Source: Candidatus Levybacteria bacterium GW2011_GWA1_37_16 (GTDB taxonomy: Bacteria > Patescibacteriota > Microgenomatia > Levybacterales > UBA12049). Taken from it: a stretch of 60,447 bases of DNA. The notes beneath the pieces were generated by a model. The model saw nothing but the letters and a program-made list of their open reading frames with translations, had not been told where the DNA came from and made no database searches. The DNA lies in NCBI GenBank assembly GCA_943357985.1, contig CALRGR010000005.1:1-60447 (forward strand). The letters run 5' to 3'. Positions 54,325 through 60,447 of this stretch are shown here, one piece after another; position 1 is the stretch's first letter; the number at the start of each line of letters is the position of its first letter. Position numbers and translations under genes: made by a program.

Positions 54325-54774
54325 CTAAAATATCTTAGCTAGAACTACTAGTAGGGCGATGATTGCTATTTGGTTAATAATTCCCCAAGGTTTATCAAGT
54401 CTATGCTCAATTTTCTTTTGAAATTTATAAGACCACACAAAAGGCGCGAACTTTATTTTAAAGAAATAATATGGGGCTGCTATCCAGTCAAGAAGCTGAG
54501 AAGCTATAATAATAGTGAAAGCATAGAATATATTAACTTGCGGAAAAAGTAATTGGATTAATATATAACTTAATGCAAATCCTAAAACCACATCAAAAAA
54601 GGCTTCTCTTGTAACCTGCTTTATCCCTTTATCTTTCCTATTGGTTGCCGGATCCCAATGAGGAAAGGAATCAGCTAAAGCATGAGAAGCAATTGCCAGT
54701 GGGATTGCAAGCGCTGGGTTTCCAATTTTTGCGGCAATGACGGTCCCTATCACCGCGTGTCCGGTTGCAGTCAT
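54325..54774 (-). CDS. Small polytopic membrane protein (possibly YdjM/DUF457-like metal-dependent hydrolase)
   Basis: MTATGHAVIGTVIAAKIG...ASHALADSFPHWDP. The family guess is weak. Confidence 0.35.
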   Translation of the reverse strand: MTATGHAVIGTVIAAKIGNPALAIPLAIASHALADSFPHWDPATNRKDKGIKQVTREAFFDVVLGFALSYILIQLLFPQVNIFYAFTIIIASQLLDWIAAPYYFFKIKFAPFVWSYKFQKKIEHRLDKPWGIINQIAIIALLVVLAKIF

Positions 54775-54879
54775 ACTTCGAATACCTCAGTATGATCCTT
54801 AATGTTTTTGTGAAGGGTCATAAACTATATAATAGCACAGCTCTTGACAAATGAATTTGGATGTGGGCACAATAATATT

Positions 54880-55887
54880 GTGAGTAGAGGAAAAATTTCA
54901 ATAAGTATATCTTCGGCGTTATTTTTAGTCTTGTTTCTGGTTCTTCCAGCTTCTGTTTCTGCCCATCATAAAGAAGCTGTTTTAGGAGAAGCAACTGCCT
55001 CCTCCGAACTCGTTTTTCCTCCTGTTACATCCGGATCCGGATTTATTCTGCCGGACAGTCCGCTTTTCTTTCTTGACCAGTTTTCCCAGACGGTAAAACT
55101 TTTGTTTGCTTTTTCTTCCGAGCAAAGAGCAAAAGTTAGAGCGCAAATAGCAGGAGAAAGACTTGCGGAGCTTAGGATAATGCTTGAAAGACAAAATTCC
55201 CAAGGAATCAATGTTGCACTTTCACAATTAACAAAAGAAGTAGGATTTGCAGCAAAAGACCTTTCCGATGCAGCTGCCAAGGGAACGGATGTTAAGCTTT
55301 TGGCAAAACAAATAAACGAAGATATTAAATTCCAAAGAAAACTTCTTAATCTTGTGGCAGAGCAAGCAAGCGGATCTCTCAAGCGTCAGTTAAAAGCCGC
55401 AAGACAAGCTCTAAAGGAAGCAAAGGTTGAAGTTGAGGATGAGCTACCCAAAGATGAGTTGGAAAATGAAATAGAAGAGGGTCTTTTAGATGAGGTTGAT
55501 AATGAGGTTGATGAAGCATCCGATTCTGTCACAAAAGTAGAAAAAGATTTAATTAAGATTCAGGCAGAAGCAGAAAAATCATCTAAAAAAGCTTTGGAAA
55601 GAAGAGAAGAGGCTTTAGAAAAAGCAATTGAGAAAAGAAAAGAAGGATTAGGGAAAGTCGAAGTGACTCTTCTTACTGCAGAGAAAAGAAAGCAGGAGAG
55701 TCTTTTGAAAGCTCAAAAAAGAACTTCGGAGCAAGCTAAGGAAGCTGTAGGAAAAGCAAGGGAAGCAACAGTAAAATTTAAGGAAGCTAGTCAGATAGTA
55801 GCAGGGATTAAAAATACTTCGGTAGGAGGAGAATCGAATACTTCCGGTAACTCAACCTCGGGCTCAGGCAAAAGTGACAATGATTGA
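54880..55887 (+). CDS. Secreted/anchored coiled-coil protein, DUF5667-like N-terminal domain
   Basis: GTG 54880 is preferred (VSRGKISISISSALFLVLFLVLPASVSA). Contains LPDSPLFFLDQFSQTVKLLFAFSSEQRAKVRAQIAGERLAEL and a long E/K-rich coiled coil. The start codon is uncertain (TTG 54844 is possible). Confidence 0.6.
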   Translation: MSRGKISISISSALFLVLFLVLPASVSAHHKEAVLGEATASSELVFPPVTSGSGFILPDSPLFFLDQFSQTVKLLFAFSSEQRAKVRAQIAGERLAELRIMLERQNSQGINVALSQLTKEVGFAAKDLSDAAAKGTDVKLLAKQINEDIKFQRKLLNLVAEQASGSLKRQLKAARQALKEAKVEVEDELPKDELENEIEEGLLDEVDNEVDEASDSVTKVEKDLIKIQAEAEKSSKKALERREEALEKAIEKRKEGLGKVEVTLLTAEKRKQESLLKAQKRTSEQAKEAVGKAREATVKFKEASQIVAGIKNTSVGGESNTSGNSTSGSGKSDND

Positions 55888-55919
55888 TTTAAATTCTCAT
55901 TTTCCCCTATAATACCTCG

Positions 55920-56453
55920 ATGATTAAGTTAAAAGCTAAAGAGCTTAGGAATGCAAAACCGAAAGAACAGGATCTGAAAAATATAAAAAAGAATCCAATT
56001 TATATAGTTTTGGATAATGTTTTAGATACTTATAATGTGGGTGCAATATTCCGCTTGGCCGATGCAGTTGCAGCGGAAAAAGTAATTTTGTGCAGACAGA
56101 CAGAAACTCCGCCAAATACAAGAATAAAAAAAGCCTCTATTAACACAACGGAATGGGTGGCTTGGGAATATTCAGAAACTACGATTGAAGCTCTCGAAAG
56201 TTTGAGAAAAACAGTTTCAGATATTCAAATAGTGGCAGTCGAACAAGATAAAAAGAGTATCCCGTATGACAAATGCGAATACAAATTTCCAATAGCTTTA
56301 GTTGTAGGGCATGAAACAACAGGTGTATCGAAAGAAGTTTTAGATATTTGCGACGCAATTGTTGAAATTCCAATGTTTGGTGTTAACATAAGTCTTAATG
56401 TGATGGTAAGCTTAGGAATTGTTCTGTACGAAGTTGTAAAGAGAATTGATTGA
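55920..56453 (+). CDS. SpoU/TrmH-family RNA 2'-O-methyltransferase
   Basis: VLDNVLDTYNVGAIFRLADA and VVGHETTGVSKEVLDICDAIVEIPMFGVNISLNVMVSLGIVLYE. Confidence 0.85.
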   Translation: MIKLKAKELRNAKPKEQDLKNIKKNPIYIVLDNVLDTYNVGAIFRLADAVAAEKVILCRQTETPPNTRIKKASINTTEWVAWEYSETTIEALESLRKTVSDIQIVAVEQDKKSIPYDKCEYKFPIALVVGHETTGVSKEVLDICDAIVEIPMFGVNISLNVMVSLGIVLYEVVKRID

Positions 56454-56484
56454 CATATTGTATTGTTTTGACTAAATTGAATGC

Positions 56485-57300
56485 ATGGATGAAGTCGTAC
56501 AAGTGCCTGTGGAAATCCCACAAGCTCCAGTAGATTTACAAACCAAAAGACCATTTATCATAAAAAGATTTTTGGATGTTGGAAGTTGGGCTGCACTTTT
56601 TATACTAACTCCATTTTTCTTTATAGCTTTTCTCTCACAAAACAGCTTTCCTGGAGATTTTCTTTATCCCGTAAAGCGGGGAATAGAGAACTCACTTCTA
56701 GCAGCAGCTTCTGTAAGCCCAACAACTAAAGCCTTCTTCCAGACAGATATTGCAGATAGAAGATTTACGGAAGCTGAAACGCTTTTACTATCCCAGGCAA
56801 ATACTGAGCCTTTGAATGATCTTGTTGCACAGGTTGAAAGTACTCAAGTAGCTATTGAAAATGTTTCTGATCCGGTAAAACAGGAAGAATTAACCACAAA
56901 AGTAATTGCTCAAATAGATGCTTACCAAGCAAAATTAACAAATACAGCAGCACAAATTCAAAGTAGTACTGCGCCATTTGCTCAAGCTCCGACTCAGATC
57001 CAGACTAACAATACTGTCCAAATCTCACCTTCTCCCACTCAAGTTGTGACAATAGTCCAAATCATAACTTCAACTCCTATACCAACTCAGCTGCAATTGC
57101 CTCCCGCTATTGTGACTCCGCCAGCAGCAACCCCCCTGATAGAAGTACAAAAAAAGCAAGTTGAAGAAGCGGTTAATGTTACAAAAATAAGGCTTGAAAA
57201 AATAAAAAAGGATCTTGAAGAAAAGTCAAAACAAAGAGAAGACGCCGTCCAGAGGACTCTGCCCGACGGGAAAAATAAAGATAATAATTTCTCTAGGTAA
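56485..57300 (+). CDS. Membrane-anchored DUF5667-like protein
   Basis: TM segment GSWAALFILTPFFFIAFL followed by PGDFLYPVKRGIENSLL...DIADRRFTEAETLL. It is a paralogue in style of CDS 54880-55887. Confidence 0.55.
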   Translation: MDEVVQVPVEIPQAPVDLQTKRPFIIKRFLDVGSWAALFILTPFFFIAFLSQNSFPGDFLYPVKRGIENSLLAAASVSPTTKAFFQTDIADRRFTEAETLLLSQANTEPLNDLVAQVESTQVAIENVSDPVKQEELTTKVIAQIDAYQAKLTNTAAQIQSSTAPFAQAPTQIQTNNTVQISPSPTQVVTIVQIITSTPIPTQLQLPPAIVTPPAATPLIEVQKKQVEEAVNVTKIRLEKIKKDLEEKSKQREDAVQRTLPDGKNKDNNFSR

Positions 57301-57363
57301 AATAAAACTCCACATTGACCCATTCGACTCCGCTAAGGGTCAACCCTGAATGTAATTGAAGGG

Positions 57364-57392
57364 TTGACAAAAATTCTCTAGGTTTATATAAT
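57364..57392 (+). promoter_or_regulatory. Consensus sigma-70 promoter upstream of the 16S rRNA gene
   Basis: TTGACA (57364-57369), an exact 17-nt spacer, then TATAAT (57387-57392). Confidence 0.7.
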
Positions 57393-57405
57393 GATTGTTG
57401 GTATG

Positions 57406-57475
57406 TAAAGACTTTTGTCTGAAGCGAATGGGAGACGCCCGCTTTAGGCGGGTTTTTTTGGTCTTTACGACACTT
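57406..57475 (+). promoter_or_regulatory. Structured rRNA-leader domain: 8-bp closing stem, inner GC hairpin plus U7, then boxA-like GGTCTTTACGA
   Basis: GTAAAGAC (57406-57413) pairs with GTCTTTAC (57461-57468). The inner hairpin CCCGC tttag GCGGG (57438-57452) is followed by T7. The boxA resemblance to TGCTCTTTAACA was judged by eye. Confidence 0.4.
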
Positions 57476-57636
57476 TGAATTTCATAAACTCAGCATAAAA
57501 TGAGTGAAGTCAAATAGCACATTAAAATCAAAATACAGGATTAGTTCTAATTAGCAAATTAGGACTGTTTTTTTAAGCAAGCGTTAGTAGCGCTTGATAA
57601 TCAAAATCGAGCCCATGGGTTCACGGGTTCGACAAT

Positions 57637-57652
57637 CAGAAAGTGGTAGGAA
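57637..57652 (+). other. 5' strand of the 16S processing stem
   Basis: CAGAAAGTGGTAGGAA is perfectly complementary to 59276-59291. Confidence 0.75.
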
Positions 57653-57684
57653 ATCTGTTTCCATTTATTTGGAAACAGAAATTT

Positions 57685-59146
<1,462 letters not shown>

Positions 59147-59275
59147 CTTAAAAAAAGGAGAGGATACGGCAACTTGTATAAATAGTCGTAAGATTATTTA
59201 CCTACAAGGATAGTATAAACACCCAAGTGTTGATAACTACTTGGTGTCGGCTCAACCGACATGAATTGTTATTTG

Positions 59276-59291
59276 TTCCTACCACTTTCTG
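59276..59291 (+). other. 3' strand of the 16S processing stem
   Basis: TTCCTACCACTTTCTG is the reverse complement of 57637-57652 (16/16). Confidence 0.75.
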
Positions 59292-59303
59292 GTTGCTTAA
59301 CTT

Positions 59304-60035
59304 ATGAAAAAAAGAGTAACAGCTATAGTGCCTGCGTATAACGAAGAAAAATATATCAAAGAAGTTCTGCTTCCTCTTGTTAATTCTCCCTATATAGACG
59401 AAGTCATCTGCGTAGATGATGGATCTACTGACTCAACTCTTGAAGTCTTAAAGAATTTCCGCGGAATTGAAGTTTTAAATTATACAAAAAACCATGGAAA
59501 AGCTTTTGCGATCGCAAGAGGCCTGGAAAAGGCAACGGGAGATATTGTTCTTTTCTTTGATGCCGATATTCACGGATTAACTGACGTGCATATAAAAAAG
59601 TTAATTTCACCTCTTTCCGGTGGGAAATATGATCTTTCAATAGGTTACCGTTCCAGCAAAATGGAGTCTTCTGTTGGAGTGCCTTTTAGTGGAGAGAGGG
59701 CATATTTTAGAAAAGATTTATTGCCTCACATCAAAAAGTTTGAGAATAAGGGTTATGGACTGGAGCTTTATCTTAATTTCCATTTTAAAAATAAGAGAAA
59801 AAAGATATTTAAGATGAATGGCGTATTAAGTTATGCCAAAAGCAATAAAGTTTCCAAAGTTAAGGCAATTAAGCTTCATAGCGACGAAACTTTTGAAATA
59901 ATCCAGGAGATTGTTAAAAGAAAAAACATGGTCTCTTATTTTCTTAACGCGTATTTGGTTTACGTTTATGTTAATGATCAAAGCATTAGTAAATATTTAT
60001 CCTACAGATCTTTCATAGAATACATTCAAAAATAA
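59304..60035 (+). CDS. GT2-family glycosyltransferase
   Basis: VTAIVPAYNEEKYIKEVLLPL, VICVDDGSTDST and LFFDADI (DxD). Confidence 0.85.
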   Translation: MKKRVTAIVPAYNEEKYIKEVLLPLVNSPYIDEVICVDDGSTDSTLEVLKNFRGIEVLNYTKNHGKAFAIARGLEKATGDIVLFFDADIHGLTDVHIKKLISPLSGGKYDLSIGYRSSKMESSVGVPFSGERAYFRKDLLPHIKKFENKGYGLELYLNFHFKNKRKKIFKMNGVLSYAKSNKVSKVKAIKLHSDETFEIIQEIVKRKNMVSYFLNAYLVYVYVNDQSISKYLSYRSFIEYIQK

Positions 60036-60098
60036 TCTCCTTAATGGATTTTTTGTGCCCATTTATGCTAAGCTCATATAGTAATTGGATAGATATTT

Positions 60099-60170
60099 GG
60101 CGCGGTGGCGAAGAGGTAACGCAGGAGTTTGCAAAACTTCCATGCAGGGGTTCGATTCCCCTCCGCGCCT
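60099..60170 (+). tRNA. tRNA-Cys (anticodon GCA)
   Basis: GGCGCGG TG GCGA AGAGGTAA CGC A GGAGT TTGCAAA ACTTC CATGC AGGGG TTCGATT CCCCT CCGCGCC T. Confidence 0.88.
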
Positions 60171-60179
60171 CTAGTTTTT

Positions 60180-60386
60180 ATGAGTACCTTAGAATCGTTT
60201 AATCAAACCCATAGATTACTTCAAGTAGAGGGGATTGCTGTTACAGGATTTGCGGCTTTTTATGGAGAAGCGGTTACTCAACAAGGACCTCTAGCTGGAA
60301 TTATAGTAGCAGCAGTTGTGGGTACGGTAAACGCAACGCTAGAGATTTATAAATATAGAAAGTTCGAGAGAAATATCAAGCGATGA
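60180..60386 (+). CDS. Small hypothetical membrane protein
   Basis: Start trimmed to ATG 60180, because the ORF-track start lies inside tRNA-Cys. Hydrophobic stretches GIAVTGFAAFYG and LAGIIVAAVVGTV. Confidence 0.4.
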   Translation: MSTLESFNQTHRLLQVEGIAVTGFAAFYGEAVTQQGPLAGIIVAAVVGTVNATLEIYKYRKFERNIKR

Positions 60387-60447
60387 AAAATCCGGAATAT
60401 GAAAGAGAGTCTGCCGAAACTGATGATGGTTACTCGGAAAAACAGCT

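Overview
This is a 60.4-kb, visibly AT-rich, gene-dense bacterial chromosomal window using the standard genetic code (TAA, TAG and TGA all end clearly recognisable genes).

**Gene content.** It is mostly housekeeping:
- leuS, comEA, a split comEC, argS, an M16 peptidase, ndk and rarA
- tRNA-Pro and tRNA-Arg, a sortase, mreB, tagA-like and galT-like genes
- rplL, rplJ, rplA, rplK, nusG and secE on the minus strand, interrupted by a plus-strand glycosyltransferase
- galU and a PAP2 phosphatase
- a tRNA-Thr/Tyr/Thr cluster, rpmG (not in the ORF track) and tRNA-Trp
- an M50 protease, rpmB, fmt, def and an O-antigen-ligase/TPR protein
- a second mreB with mreC, mreD and mrdA, a second NDK-like gene, dprA and topA
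- a SpoU methyltransferase, a lone ~1.46-kb 16S rRNA and tRNA-Cys

**Likely origin.** The gene style suggests a Candidate Phyla Radiation / Patescibacteria (Microgenomates-like) genome: small genes, many N-terminally anchored hypothetical proteins, DUF5667-like and PEGA proteins, a divergent 16S with no 23S after it, and competence genes. This placement is inference only.

**No classical system found.** I found no CRISPR array, no intact transposase or integrase, and no recognisable defence operon.

**Most interesting signals:**
1. A family of GC-rich nested-palindromic elements is scattered through intergenic DNA and also inserted in frame into essential genes. There are two 75-bp copies in leuS, a ~50-codon insert in the operonic mreB, and further copies in the rplA N-terminus and a secreted protein. 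A decayed REP-associated (RayT/IS200-like) transposase fragment lies in the same window.
2. A >1,100-aa ORF missing from the ORF track fuses two tyrosine-recombinase core-binding (SAM-like) domains to a TM helix and a tail-fibre-like surface repeat region.
3. comEC is split into channel and MBL-nuclease genes, with an unknown multi-HTH gene between them.
4. The topA 3' end is present three times, flanking a nucleotidyltransferase cassette.
5. Heptanucleotide-periodic tracts are pervasive, including a perfect (GAATAGT)x5 inside a signal peptide.
6. A ~110-bp AT-rich intergenic repeat occurs with and without a 21-bp GC hairpin.

**Limits.** All calls come from reading the sequence and the supplied translations. 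No database search, fold prediction or statistics were run.
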